44,613 nucleotides of DNA from positions 1 through 44,613 of IMG/VR virus record IMGVR_UViG_3300048893_000087; one strand, written 5' to 3'. The position numbers were made by a program, and so were the translations under genes. Positions 27,230 to 35,630 of this stretch are shown in pieces. This DNA is from a virus (Duplodnaviria; Caudoviricetes). Position 1 is the first letter of the stretch. Each line of letters starts with the position of its first letter. The notes below the pieces were generated by a model. It made no database searches. It saw only the letters and a list, made by a program, of their open reading frames with translations, and was not told the DNA's origin.

Positions 27230-27598
27230 ATGCTGCCGAACAACATCGCCGCCCTCCGCAAGGCCAAGGGAATGTCTCAGACTGAGCTGGCGGAAGCTAT
27301 CGGGACGAAGCTGACGCACATGGGTAAGCTGGAGCGCGGCGAGCGCCCGCTAAGCGGCGACTGGATTGAGCGAATCGCCGTCGCCCTAGACATAGAGCCA
27401 TTTCAGATTATCGCGCCTGCCCGGCTGTTCCCTACTGAAGAACAGCTAGCTGATATGTTGCGGCTCGCGCAGCAGAAGCTGCCAGCGGGTCTGCCCTATT
27501 CCGAGTGGCCGCGATCTGTAGCCTCAAGTCTGCACACGCGGCTTCTGATGCTTGCAAGTGATCGCGCCAGTGGTGATGGCGGGGCTGTCCAGGCTTAA
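27230..27598 (+). CDS. cI: CI-like repressor (XRE HTH) lacking an S24 peptidase domain
   Basis: IAALRKAKGMSQTELAEAIG...GKLERGER...IAVAL; only 122 aa. Confidence 0.85.
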   Translation: MLPNNIAALRKAKGMSQTELAEAIGTKLTHMGKLERGERPLSGDWIERIAVALDIEPFQIIAPARLFPTEEQLADMLRLAQQKLPAGLPYSEWPRSVASSLHTRLLMLASDRASGDGGAVQA

Positions 27599-27746
27599 CG
27601 CGTTCCCGCCTCAGGCGCTCGACTTCGCGCTCCCACCATAACAGGCGGTCGGGCAATATAGCGCACTCAAGGAAGCATTGGCGACAGCCCACGTCGCATC
27701 GCGGCTCCATGAGCATGACTGGGCGACTCGGATCGCTGTTTCTCAT
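27432..27746 (-). CDS. LexA-boxed ORF antisense to the cI 3' end (candidate antirepressor)
   Basis: ATG directly follows GAAC-N7-GAAC; Cys cluster CDVGCRQCFLEC. Confidence 0.5.
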   Translation of the reverse strand: MRNSDPSRPVMLMEPRCDVGCRQCFLECAILPDRLLWWEREVERLRRERVKPGQPRHHHWRDHLQASEAACADLRLQIAATRNRADPLAASAARAATYQLAVLQ

Positions 27747-27761
27747 GTTCCCTTTGTGTTC
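27747..27761 (-). promoter_or_regulatory. Alphaproteobacterial SOS (LexA) box
   Basis: GTTC-cctttgt-GTTC, exact GTTC-N7-GTTC consensus. Confidence 0.75.
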
Positions 27762-27813
27762 TGCAATCTCCAACATGTCTAGGGTTCCTGCTACTCGCCG
27801 GATTAGCAACAAA

Positions 27814-27920
27814 ATGCACCCGACCGGGCTGCATAGCAGGATGTAGCGTCTGTTGCCTGAACGAGAAATGTACCCGCTAGGGGCATTTTAGGTATTTACA
27901 TATGCCCCCACCGGGTACAT
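27814..27920. promoter_or_regulatory. Left operator region: three operator-like palindromes (27814-27834, 27868-27886, 27902-27920)
   Basis: Consensus ATGTACCC-N3-GGGTACAT; the last site lies within TTTACA-N17-CATAAG. Confidence 0.75.
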
Positions 27921-27958
27921 AAGGCCTCCACACCGCACCGAGCGGCAGGAGATCGAAG

Positions 27959-28351
27959 ATGAACCTCAAGTCAGTTAAGACCACCGCCGATCTGCCCTTC
28001 AAGGGGATCGAGCTTGTCCGCGTGGACAAAAATATCACGGAAGTGATCATCGGCGGCAAGCTGCGCATCCGCTGCGGCCCGAGCTATTCGAGCGCGCTGG
28101 AAGTGCTGGTCGAGCGCGCATACGAAACCGCTCAACGCTTCCGCCTCACCGCGACGATCGACGGCTTCGCGCCGGCCGTGACCTATTTCGATAGCCAGTA
28201 TGATGCCGATACTGCTGCTGCCAAGCTGCCTGCCGGAGCTACCAGCGCCATCGATACCGTTGAGGCCCAGATCGATGAAGACGGCAAGGTCGTCGGCATC
28301 GAGGACAGGGCCGCGCCCACCCCCGCCAACACGGACGATCTCCCTTTCTGA
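27959..28351 (+). CDS. Hypothetical early protein
   Basis: SD AGGAG; C-terminal DDLPF tail. Confidence 0.7.
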   Translation: MNLKSVKTTADLPFKGIELVRVDKNITEVIIGGKLRIRCGPSYSSALEVLVERAYETAQRFRLTATIDGFAPAVTYFDSQYDADTAAAKLPAGATSAIDTVEAQIDEDGKVVGIEDRAAPTPANTDDLPF

Positions 28352-28428
28352 ACTCCCCAGACTGCGGGCGCTCATCCCCGGCGCCCGCAGCGAGGATGAT
28401 TTCAGACGCAACAAAAGGCTCTGGCACG

Positions 28429-28692
28429 ATGAACGCCCCAACCCTCCCCCAATCATTCCCAAATCCCGTGAAGGTGGAGGAAGTGCGCACGCGCGCTGAT
28501 TACCTCGCAGAAGCGCGGGTACGTCAGGCAGGCGCAGGGTTTTCGAGCCCCTTCCTGACCGTGAGCGATGAAGAGCTGGCGCGGGCGGATGTCATGATTG
28601 GCTACCGGCTCGATAAGCACGCGCAGGCTCGCGACAGGGCTGCTTTCCAAGCGAAATGGGCGGCGATTGCTGCCGAGGAGAAGATGGCATGA
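28429..28692 (+). CDS. Hypothetical protein
   Basis: ORF coupled to the next gene. Confidence 0.55.
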   Translation: MNAPTLPQSFPNPVKVEEVRTRADYLAEARVRQAGAGFSSPFLTVSDEELARADVMIGYRLDKHAQARDRAAFQAKWAAIAAEEKMA

Positions 28693-29030
28693 GTGAGCTA
28701 TCCGTAGCCGAGGTTCTGAACATGGCGGCTGACAAGATAGCCGAGCCCGACGCTTGGACGCAGTACGCTTTCGCGAGGGACGCCAAGGGATACCCTACTG
28801 GCACGAAATCCCCTGCAGCCGTTTGCTTCTGCATAGCCGGCGCCATCTACGCCGTTTCGCCGACGTTAGGGTTCGGTAGCGATATCATCGAGCGCCTGCC
28901 GAAACCTCGTGGCTATCCCAACATTGCTCGCTGGAACGATGCGAGCACGCGCACCCAGGCTCAAGCGGTCGCCAAGCTGCGCAAACTCGCCGCGCGCTTA
29001 TCCACCCCTCCCCGCGTGGGAGAGGGTTGA
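28689..29030 (+). CDS. DUF6197-like phage protein
   Basis: AADKI...WTQ...CFCIAGAI...WND..RTQAQAV. Confidence 0.6.
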   Translation: MSELSVAEVLNMAADKIAEPDAWTQYAFARDAKGYPTGTKSPAAVCFCIAGAIYAVSPTLGFGSDIIERLPKPRGYPNIARWNDASTRTQAQAVAKLRKLAARLSTPPRVGEG

Positions 29031-29299
29031 TGGAAGGCGAGGGCATGTTCCTCTTACCGCCAGCAGCGGACAAGTGCCAGGATTGCGGCCGGAAGCACGC
29101 TGCCGAGCAGCCCCACGATGCGCTGACCTTGTTCTATCAAGTGAAGTTCAAAATGGAAAACGACCGCGCGCCGACTTGGGTCGATGCGATGGCTCATTGC
29201 TCCGATGCGGTTCGTGAGCACTGGACAGCCGCACTGCGCCAGCACGGCGTTGATGTGGCCAGCGGCCAACTTCGCCCAGCCAGAGCTGCCGGCAAGTGA
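29027..29299 (+). CDS. Hypothetical protein
   Basis: CQDCGRKH...PH...PTWVDAMAHC. Confidence 0.65.
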   Translation: MMEGEGMFLLPPAADKCQDCGRKHAAEQPHDALTLFYQVKFKMENDRAPTWVDAMAHCSDAVREHWTAALRQHGVDVASGQLRPARAAGK

Positions 29300-29381
29300 A
29301 CACCCTCCCCACCCCTAGCGCCCGCCAACATATCCGCAACCAGCAGGCGGCTGTCCGAGTGCTTTCGAGAAGGACCAACGC

Positions 29382-29540
29382 ATGAGCGCAGGCAATTGGA
29401 TCGAGCGCAACGCTCCTAACCACCACCCCATCCGCGATCAGCAAACGATAGTCCGCCTCAACCGCGAGGCCGCCCAGGCCAAGGGACGCGCTTCGGTCGC
29501 TGCCTGGATGAAGGGCGAACAATTGAAGGGATTTATGTGA
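29382..29540 (+). CDS. Hypothetical protein (52 aa)
   Basis: SD AAGGA; stop overlaps the next start. Confidence 0.45.
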   Translation: MSAGNWIERNAPNHHPIRDQQTIVRLNREAAQAKGRASVAAWMKGEQLKGFM

Positions 29541-29857
29541 TGGCGGAGATTAGCCAGGAATTGGTGGAGCGGATGGCGAAAGCTTTGCGCGAGCGAGTCC
29601 ATGCCTACAGGCATTGGGACATAGACGCCCCGGCCTATGTTGAGGAAATCCGCGCCATCGTCGCTGAGCTTACCGAGCCGGTCGATCCGGATTTGCTGAT
29701 CGCTCGCGAGATCGTCAAGGCAACTTTCAGCCCGAACAGCCCTACAGTCGGCGAGACGCGAGAGGAAGTTGATTCCGGCGCATGGGACACCGCCCAGTGC
29801 GTGCAGACGGCCCTCGCCGGCATCAAGCGCGGTCGCGAACTGGCGGCTCGGCCATGA
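29537..29857 (+). CDS. Hypothetical protein
   Basis: VDPDLLIAREIV...ALAGIKRGRELA. Confidence 0.65.
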   Translation: MMAEISQELVERMAKALRERVHAYRHWDIDAPAYVEEIRAIVAELTEPVDPDLLIAREIVKATFSPNSPTVGETREEVDSGAWDTAQCVQTALAGIKRGRELAARP

Positions 29858-30021
29858 CCACCACCCAACCCCTCCCCAATCCTCCCCCTGCACGCCCTCT
29901 AGACGCCATTGCAGCAGACCTGGGGAATCTGGTGGCTGACGTGGTGTTTGCACCTGTGGATCGGCTGAGCGCGGATCACAGGCGGTTTCGGGAACGGTTC
30001 CAGATCGGAGAACGGAAATGA
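29854..30021 (+). CDS. Hypothetical protein
   Basis: ATGA overlaps at both ends. Confidence 0.5.
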   Translation: MTTTQPLPNPPPARPLDAIAADLGNLVADVVFAPVDRLSADHRRFRERFQIGERK

Positions 30022-30278
30022 GCGAGACGCAGCCCCCACGCACTGCTCGGTGCACCTATTGCCAGACCGAAAGCCCATCCAGCAAGGCGCTGCCATTTTT
30101 CGAATTTCGCGGCGAAGGTTCGCGCGAGGCGACGGAGCATTGCAAGTGCGGCTATACGCTCGCCTGCCATGATGCAGCTCATCCGCATGTCTTGAAGCAA
30201 TGCCCTGAGCCGGCGCCGACTGCGCGCGGGCCGCAGAAGTTCGACCGTTTTTATTGCGGCTGTCGGGGGTGGGAGTGA
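30018..30278 (+). CDS. Cys/His-rich hypothetical protein
   Basis: CTYC...CKCG...FYCGCRGWE. Confidence 0.6.
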   Translation: MSETQPPRTARCTYCQTESPSSKALPFFEFRGEGSREATEHCKCGYTLACHDAAHPHVLKQCPEPAPTARGPQKFDRFYCGCRGWE

Positions 30279-30517
30279 TGATCCGCGTCGATTGGGCATC
30301 GTTCGGCGCCAATATCCGCGCGCAGGCCATCGTTAATGCGAAAGGCCTAACGACGGTCCAGCAAGAACTTGGCTTGTCGCATGCGCGCATGATCAACGCC
30401 GCCCAAGGCAAGCCAGTGGGGACTGAGATATTCCTAACGCTGTGCGACTGGATGCAGATCGACCCGATGTTTTTCGCCACCCCCACTCTCCCAGAGCGGG
30501 AAGGAGAGAAGCTGTGA
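30275..30517 (+). CDS. XRE-like HTH protein
   Basis: LTTVQQELGLSHARMINAAQGK...FLTLCDWM. Confidence 0.55.
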   Translation: MMIRVDWASFGANIRAQAIVNAKGLTTVQQELGLSHARMINAAQGKPVGTEIFLTLCDWMQIDPMFFATPTLPEREGEKL

Positions 30518-30627
30518 GCCCGCCCAACCCCCGCGCCACAGAACAGCCCCAGCCCCTCGGTCGCTGGCTCCTGTTCGGCATCGTCCTGGGGATGGTGATC
30601 AGCTTTTTGATGGGAGTACGGACGTAA
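30514..30627 (+). CDS. Small membrane peptide
   Basis: WLLFGIVLGMVISFLMG; GTGA overlap. Confidence 0.45.
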   Translation: MSPPNPRATEQPQPLGRWLLFGIVLGMVISFLMGVRT

Positions 30628-30848
30628 TGCATTGGCACACATTCGCAATCGCCGCGATCCCGTTCTGGGTATGGGCAGTTCTTTCGATCGCCAAGCAGTC
30701 ATGGCTGTTGGCCGAAGATAATGATGACATGTGGTGGGGCGGCTTTCCGCTCGCGATGACGACTGTCCTCATGGCCTGCGTGACTGCGTTCGCTGGCTGC
30801 ATTGCCATCGGTTTCTACGCGGCGACTGGCCTTTCACCGTTCGCCTGA
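30627..30848 (+). CDS. Small two-TM membrane protein
   Basis: Two hydrophobic segments. Confidence 0.55.
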   Translation: MHWHTFAIAAIPFWVWAVLSIAKQSWLLAEDNDDMWWGGFPLAMTTVLMACVTAFAGCIAIGFYAATGLSPFA

Positions 30849-30882
30849 CACCCCCACAAGCGCCGCGACAGTCGCGCGCGCA

Positions 30883-30916
30883 GGACCGGACCCGTTTTCA
30901 ATCGCGGGTCCGGTCC
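30883..30916 (+). other. Perfect 12-bp intergenic hairpin
   Basis: GGACCGGACCCG-N10-CGGGTCCGGTCC. Confidence 0.6.
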
Positions 30917-30933
30917 AATAGAGGAGATGAGAG

Positions 30934-31185
30934 ATGAAAATCAGGATCGAATTGGAAGTTGAAGTTTCGCCCTATACGCGCGAACAGCTTCTCGACAGCG
31001 GCTTTGAAGGCGAAGATGCTGAGCCTGATACCGACGTGGACGCCCCCAGCATCGCGCGCTGTGTCGCGAATATGTTCGGCGACGACAGCGAGGCTGTACA
31101 GGAAGTCTTTGCCGGAAGCGAACTCTTCGTCAACATCGGCGAGGCGACCGTGATCCGCGCTGAAACTGTCGGCGACCCCTCATGA
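30934..31185 (+). CDS. Acidic hypothetical protein
   Basis: SD GAGGAG; D/E-rich. Confidence 0.6.
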   Translation: MKIRIELEVEVSPYTREQLLDSGFEGEDAEPDTDVDAPSIARCVANMFGDDSEAVQEVFAGSELFVNIGEATVIRAETVGDPS

Positions 31186-31349
31186 ACGGCGTAATCTTCT
31201 TCCGTGCTGACCACGAACTTGTCGGACGCGTGCTCGCCGAAAAGCTCCGCCGTCGCAACGACCGCAGCAGCCTGGATGATTCTATCAGCATCACCGAGGA
31301 TGTCGAAACGCTCAACCGTAGGCGGGTTGCTAGTGGGAGGGTGGGGTGA
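31182..31349 (+). CDS. Hypothetical protein (55 aa)
   Basis: ATGA/GTGA overlaps on both sides. Confidence 0.45.
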   Translation: MNGVIFFRADHELVGRVLAEKLRRRNDRSSLDDSISITEDVETLNRRRVASGRVG

Positions 31350-31879
31350 TGGCGAGGCAATCTGGGCGTGTTGCTGCGCAAACGGGCTCTCGTGAACAGA
31401 GCCCTGACGGTCTCGGCCCTACGGGCTTCGATCCCTCACGCGTGAAGGTCCTGACGGCTCGCGATGCTATCAAGGACGCTCTCCAGCAGTTCAACCGAGC
31501 TTATGGCGGGACACCTCACGGCGAGGCTCATTGGAAGCCGGGATACACGCGAGGCATGATAAGCGACGCCTTGGCTAAACTAGACCCGGAGACATGCACA
31601 GCCAGTGAAATCCGGGACATTATCGGTGTCAGCAGCTGGGCGACGCTGGATTGCGATGTCTGTGGCCGCGATGTGCCGATGCTCGCCAGAATTGGCGATG
31701 ATCCGGATTACGAAATGCGCTGGCAGGATATTTGCCTTGAGTGCATCGCTGCCATTGCGCAAACGATCGAAACGCGAAGCGCCAAGACCAAAGGGCTTGG
31801 TCCGAAGGATGAGAGCGTGGTTCGCGACAGCGAATGCGCCCATGATTCACAGCCCCACCACGGCTCTGGAGGGAAGTAG
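31346..31879 (+). CDS. Hypothetical Zn-finger protein
   Basis: CDVCG...ICLEC. Confidence 0.6.
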   Translation: MMARQSGRVAAQTGSREQSPDGLGPTGFDPSRVKVLTARDAIKDALQQFNRAYGGTPHGEAHWKPGYTRGMISDALAKLDPETCTASEIRDIIGVSSWATLDCDVCGRDVPMLARIGDDPDYEMRWQDICLECIAAIAQTIETRSAKTKGLGPKDESVVRDSECAHDSQPHHGSGGK

Positions 31880-32180
31880 GGCTGTGGAACCGGAGCGCTG
31901 CACTGTGAACGAGGCCCACTTGATAACCGGCCTCTCCAAGCGCACGCTGCAGGATCTGGCGGCTGCGTCCAAGATTCCCGGCGCGGCAAAGCCGGCCGGC
32001 CGATGGACATTCGACATTAAACGCCTGCGTATGTGGGCACAATCGACAACGCGGGACCGCACATGTCAGAGAACCTCTATCAGCGAAACGGCATCTGGTG
32101 GGCGCGTTTCAAGGTCGCGGGCGTCGAATATCGACGCAGCCTACGAACGCGTGTTCGGTCTGCCACCGCGAAGCGCCTGA
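31842..32180 (+). CDS. xis: Excisionase-like HTH protein (alternative GTG start at 31884)
   Basis: TVNEAHLITGLSKRTLQDLAAASKIPGAAKPAGRWTFD; overlaps the int 5' end. Confidence 0.75.
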   Translation: MIHSPTTALEGSRAVEPERCTVNEAHLITGLSKRTLQDLAAASKIPGAAKPAGRWTFDIKRLRMWAQSTTRDRTCQRTSISETASGGRVSRSRASNIDAAYERVFGLPPRSA

Positions 32181-33142
32181 AGGCCGTTCGGAAGCAGATC
32201 GAGGATGAAGCGCATTTCGGCATCCTGGCTCCCATGTCGTGGCCGGCCGCAGTCGTAGGCTGGAATGAGAACGGCACCAGCACGCTCGGCGCCGCGACGG
32301 TCAAGCGCTACAAGGTGAGCCTGAAGCAAATGCGCCCCTTCCTTGATCACATGATGGTCCACGAGATCGACGGCACGGTGCTGAAGGATATCGTCAAGGC
32401 GAGGCGCGCGCAATTCGTCAGCATCGCCACGATTCGACGGGATTTGACCGCGGTTTCCAGCGTGCTCGACAATGCCGCCGACGAAGAATGGATAGATGAA
32501 AACCCGGTCCTGCCGTTCCTGCACAGGCGCCGCAAAAAGAACAGCCTACGTGAGAAGCATGAGCCGATCGTGCTGCCCGACGAACCATCGATCGCGATGA
32601 TGCTCGAGGTGTCTCCGACCCGCTTTGCCGACGCGCAGGAGTTCGCGCGCGAAACCGGGATGCGGCAAGAGGAGATATTCAGCCTGGGGCACAACATGCT
32701 CAATGCCCGTGACGGGATAATCACGATGGTCGGCAAGGGGCGCAAGCTGCGCGTCATACCGTACACCGCCAAAGCGCAGGCGATCGTTGCCCGGCAACCG
32801 CAGTTCATCGGCTCCAATTTCGTGTTCTGGCACGATGAAGGAAAGCGCTGGAGGTCACCGGGCTCGCGCTTCACCGACATTCGCCGCCGCGTGCTGCGCA
32901 AGGCACAAAAGGCGGCACATTTTACGCCATATCGTTTCCACGATCTGCGCCACCTTTTTGCGGTAGAATATCTGCGCAGCCAAAAGGGCAGCATCTACGA
33001 TCTGAAGGAGCTACTTGGTCACGCATCGATCAAGACGACCGAGCGCTACCTTGAATATCTGACCCCGGAAGAGAAGAAATTCGCGATGCATGGGGCGGCA
33101 CAAAATGGGGCACAGAAGCAACGGTCTGGAGGATCGAAATGA
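32063..33142 (+). CDS. int: Tyrosine integrase
   Basis: TGMRQEE, GKGRKLR, RFHDLRH, LLGHASIKTTERY. Confidence 0.95.
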   Translation: MSENLYQRNGIWWARFKVAGVEYRRSLRTRVRSATAKRLKAVRKQIEDEAHFGILAPMSWPAAVVGWNENGTSTLGAATVKRYKVSLKQMRPFLDHMMVHEIDGTVLKDIVKARRAQFVSIATIRRDLTAVSSVLDNAADEEWIDENPVLPFLHRRRKKNSLREKHEPIVLPDEPSIAMMLEVSPTRFADAQEFARETGMRQEEIFSLGHNMLNARDGIITMVGKGRKLRVIPYTAKAQAIVARQPQFIGSNFVFWHDEGKRWRSPGSRFTDIRRRVLRKAQKAAHFTPYRFHDLRHLFAVEYLRSQKGSIYDLKELLGHASIKTTERYLEYLTPEEKKFAMHGAAQNGAQKQRSGGSK

Positions 33143-33201
33143 TCAAAAACCCTAGCATTTCTGCGGGTTTCAGCGTATTCTGTGTTACCATGGAAAACGA
33201 C

Positions 33202-33240
33202 TTAGGAAACCGTCGCTCTATCCGGCTGAGCTACGGGGGC
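33202..33240 (-). other. 5' half of tRNA-Arg(CCU) = attP identity block
   Basis: GCCCCCG-TA-GCTC-AGCCGGATA-GAGC-G-ACGGT-TTCCTAA; no T-arm or 3' acceptor strand follows. Confidence 0.85.
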
Positions 33241-33250
33241 ATTGGCAGAA

Positions 33251-33279
33251 TCCCTAGAGTTCTGCGGGTTTGCGGTCAA
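33251..33279 (-). promoter_or_regulatory. Putative sigma70 promoter for the reconstituted tRNA
   Basis: TTGACC-N17-TAGGGA ending 10 nt before tRNA position 1. Confidence 0.55.
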
Positions 33280-33395
33280 TGCGGTACGCGCGGAACCCGC
33301 GACGGAACACGGTTCCTGTCGGCACAAACGACGGCACAGTCTGTTCGCGGGACGTTCGCGCGAGGCGCCCATATCACCATTCAGGAGTCCATCTG

Positions 33396-33809
33396 ATGCG
33401 CGGCAAGCCCGGCGAACTTCATCAACGGTATATCGGGGAAATCTTGGCTGAGTTCCCCGACGCTGCGACGACCGGCTTCCCCGCCGCGATGCGCGCGCTG
33501 CGTGAGGAAGTCGATGCGGAACCATGCGAGCTTGATTCGTGCATCCGGCCTGACGCCTTTCGCCTCGATCGCGACGGGGAATGGATCGAGATTTACGAGG
33601 TCGAGGTTTATTCGATGCTGTCCGAGCGCAAAATTACTGAGCTCGGAGAATGGTGGTTCGACTGGGATAGCGAGGACGGGAGCGAATGGCTCCCCGTTCT
33701 CATCCTCATTGATCGTTATGGCCACCGCAACCGTGTCGATCTGAGGCACGCCTATTCCCGCACCGGCCCGTTCACGCCCGTCCGCCTTAACGAGCAGGTG
33801 CCAGCGTGA
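33396..33809 (+). CDS. Putative PD-(D/E)XK-fold nuclease-like protein
   Basis: H...IRPDAF...IEIYEVEV; SD AGGAG. Confidence 0.5.
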   Translation: MRGKPGELHQRYIGEILAEFPDAATTGFPAAMRALREEVDAEPCELDSCIRPDAFRLDRDGEWIEIYEVEVYSMLSERKITELGEWWFDWDSEDGSEWLPVLILIDRYGHRNRVDLRHAYSRTGPFTPVRLNEQVPA

Positions 33810-34225
33810 CGCGCGTTCTTGTCTGTGGCGGGCGCATGTACGGCAGGGTGGGAGATGACTGCCCTCCCGAGATGCTCGAAGCTGAGAATGCGCGGGCCAG
33901 AAACGAAAGGATGCGCCTCTACGGCGTGCTAGCGATCCATGGCCCGACACTCATTATCCATGGGTGCGCGAACGGCGCCGATGAGTGGGCGGATTATTGG
34001 GCTGACGTGAACAATGTGCCGCACCGCGCCTTCCCTGCCGATTGGAACAAGCACGGCAAAGCGGCCGGCCCTATTCGCAACCAGCGCATGTTGGACGAAG
34101 GAAAGCCCGATATGGTGATCGCGTTTCCGGGCGGTCGTGGCACCGCCGACATGGTTCGGCGCGCTCGTACCGCTGGCGTCGAGGTGCGGGAAATTGCCCG
34201 CCTTCCCACCATAGAGGAGTCGTAG
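33806..34225 (+). CDS. SLOG (YspA/DUF2493-like) protein
   Basis: RVLVCGGR...IIHGCANGAD...AAGPIRNQRML...AFPGGRGTADMV. Confidence 0.85.
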   Translation: MTRVLVCGGRMYGRVGDDCPPEMLEAENARARNERMRLYGVLAIHGPTLIIHGCANGADEWADYWADVNNVPHRAFPADWNKHGKAAGPIRNQRMLDEGKPDMVIAFPGGRGTADMVRRARTAGVEVREIARLPTIEES

Positions 34226-34228
34226 GCC

Positions 34229-34525
34229 ATGGGGAATGAACTGCGGGATCGCGGCGAGCGCTATTTGGTGCAACGCTTCGGCGACAACAGAGTGATGGCT
34301 CGGACTGACGATCTCGGGTCCGTCGTGCCGGAGGGGTGCCGCTTGGTCGATCGCATCGGCGCCGATGGCCTGCCTCATAATCCGCCGCGCGCTGTCGCCG
34401 CAAGGCTGTGGCGCGAGCATCCTGAACTACGCGACGAATATCATAGGCTTTGGCCTAGCCGGGTCTCATCGCTTGCGAACATCGATGTGATGCTGACCCG
34501 CGCCATCACCCACCCAAAGGACTAG
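34229..34525 (+). CDS. Hypothetical protein
   Basis: SD GAGGAG; starts MGNEL like the next gene. Confidence 0.55.
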   Translation: MGNELRDRGERYLVQRFGDNRVMARTDDLGSVVPEGCRLVDRIGADGLPHNPPRAVAARLWREHPELRDEYHRLWPSRVSSLANIDVMLTRAITHPKD

Positions 34526-34528
34526 CCC

Positions 34529-34993
34529 ATGGGGAATGAACTGGAAGCGTTGGCCGTGCGGTGCGAGGCATTAGCTGGGCCGGATCGGGAGGTGGATTTC
34601 CTGGTAGCGGTCGCTGTTAATGCCGGGTCGTTGGAAGGCGCGTGGAAGGAAATGTCCGATGATGATGCGGTAACAAAAGCGGGCTACGTGCGGCATCATT
34701 TTAACGGCGCGAGGTCGTTGCAAGAGGCAAGGCGCTACACTTCCGACCTGAATGCGGCAATGTCACTCGTCACCGGATGCGCAACGCTGATCAGCCTTTC
34801 CGAGATCGGCGCAGATGGCTTGCCACTAGCGCGGGTTGGGCGACCCGATCTGGACGACGTGCCTATTTTCGAAGGCGTCGCCGCTGGCGTCAGGATGGAC
34901 ACACCCCTGACCGCGCAACTCGCGATCGCATTGACGGCCGCCTGTCTCAAAGCCCGCGCCCTTACACCCTGCGACCAGGGAGAGATGAAATGA
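34529..34993 (+). CDS. Hypothetical protein
   Basis: GPDREVD...YTSDLNAAMSLV...IALTAACLKARA phage motif. Confidence 0.65.
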   Translation: MGNELEALAVRCEALAGPDREVDFLVAVAVNAGSLEGAWKEMSDDDAVTKAGYVRHHFNGARSLQEARRYTSDLNAAMSLVTGCATLISLSEIGADGLPLARVGRPDLDDVPIFEGVAAGVRMDTPLTAQLAIALTAACLKARALTPCDQGEMK

Positions 34994-35262
34994 GGCGTTG
35001 GTTCAGAGAACTTCGCAATCCGAGAGAGAAATGCGCCCGCATAGGACACGATCTGTATACGGTTCGCCGCCGCTTTTATCTCTACCCGTCAACGTCGTGG
35101 CGCAGAGGTGTCGCGGACACCGCGTGGATCTGTGTCGAACGCTGCCGGCGATGCGGGTGCGATGGTCCCGAGACGATAGAGGATCGATCTGCACTAGATG
35201 GCCTTACGATGGAGGCTGATCGCTGGGACAAGCTACGCGCAGACGGCAGGCTGCTCTCATGA
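34990..35262 (+). CDS. Hypothetical Cys-containing protein
   Basis: CARIGHD...CRRCG; ATGA overlaps. Confidence 0.55.
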   Translation: MRRWFRELRNPREKCARIGHDLYTVRRRFYLYPSTSWRRGVADTAWICVERCRRCGCDGPETIEDRSALDGLTMEADRWDKLRADGRLLS

Positions 35263-35630
35263 CCCTGCCCCTAACCCCCGAACAGCTGGAAGGGTTAAGA
35301 ACCTTGCTGGCAAAGGGCGCGCGTGAATCCGACAGCGGCTGGTACATCGACGGCTACACCGACGATGGCCTGTCGGTCATCTCGGATGGCCTGCATTGCG
35401 GCATCTATCGGATCGCTGCCGAGAAGCCACAAGCTGAACTGATCGTCGCGCTTGTGAACGCAGCCCCCTCGCTGTTGGCCCGTATCCGAGAGCTGGAAAT
35501 AGAGCTCGGCATCAACGCGGAGCATAATGCCAAAATAGCGGAACAGCGTGGCGCATCGATCTCCGTTCTAGAGGCATCTGCTCGCGCTACGCCCCGATCC
35601 GCCCTAAACCGGAGTACTGATAATGGATGA
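35259..35630 (+). CDS. Ead/Ea22-like protein
   Basis: AELIVALVNAAPSLLARIRELE. Confidence 0.55.
   Translation: MTLPLTPEQLEGLRTLLAKGARESDSGWYIDGYTDDGLSVISDGLHCGIYRIAAEKPQAELIVALVNAAPSLLARIRELEIELGINAEHNAKIAEQRGASISVLEASARATPRSALNRSTDNG

Larger units (their letters stand above)
33097..33339. other. attP: attP region with arm-type and accessory repeats
   Basis: GGCACA pairs spaced 12 nt at 33097/33109 and 33321/33333; CCCTAG..TTCTGCGGGTTT at about 33150 and 33252 flank a tRNA-homologous core. Confidence 0.75.

Noticed and set aside
33202-33240. Intact tRNA-Arg gene
   Set aside because: Only the 5' half is present; no matching 3' anticodon strand, T-arm or acceptor strand
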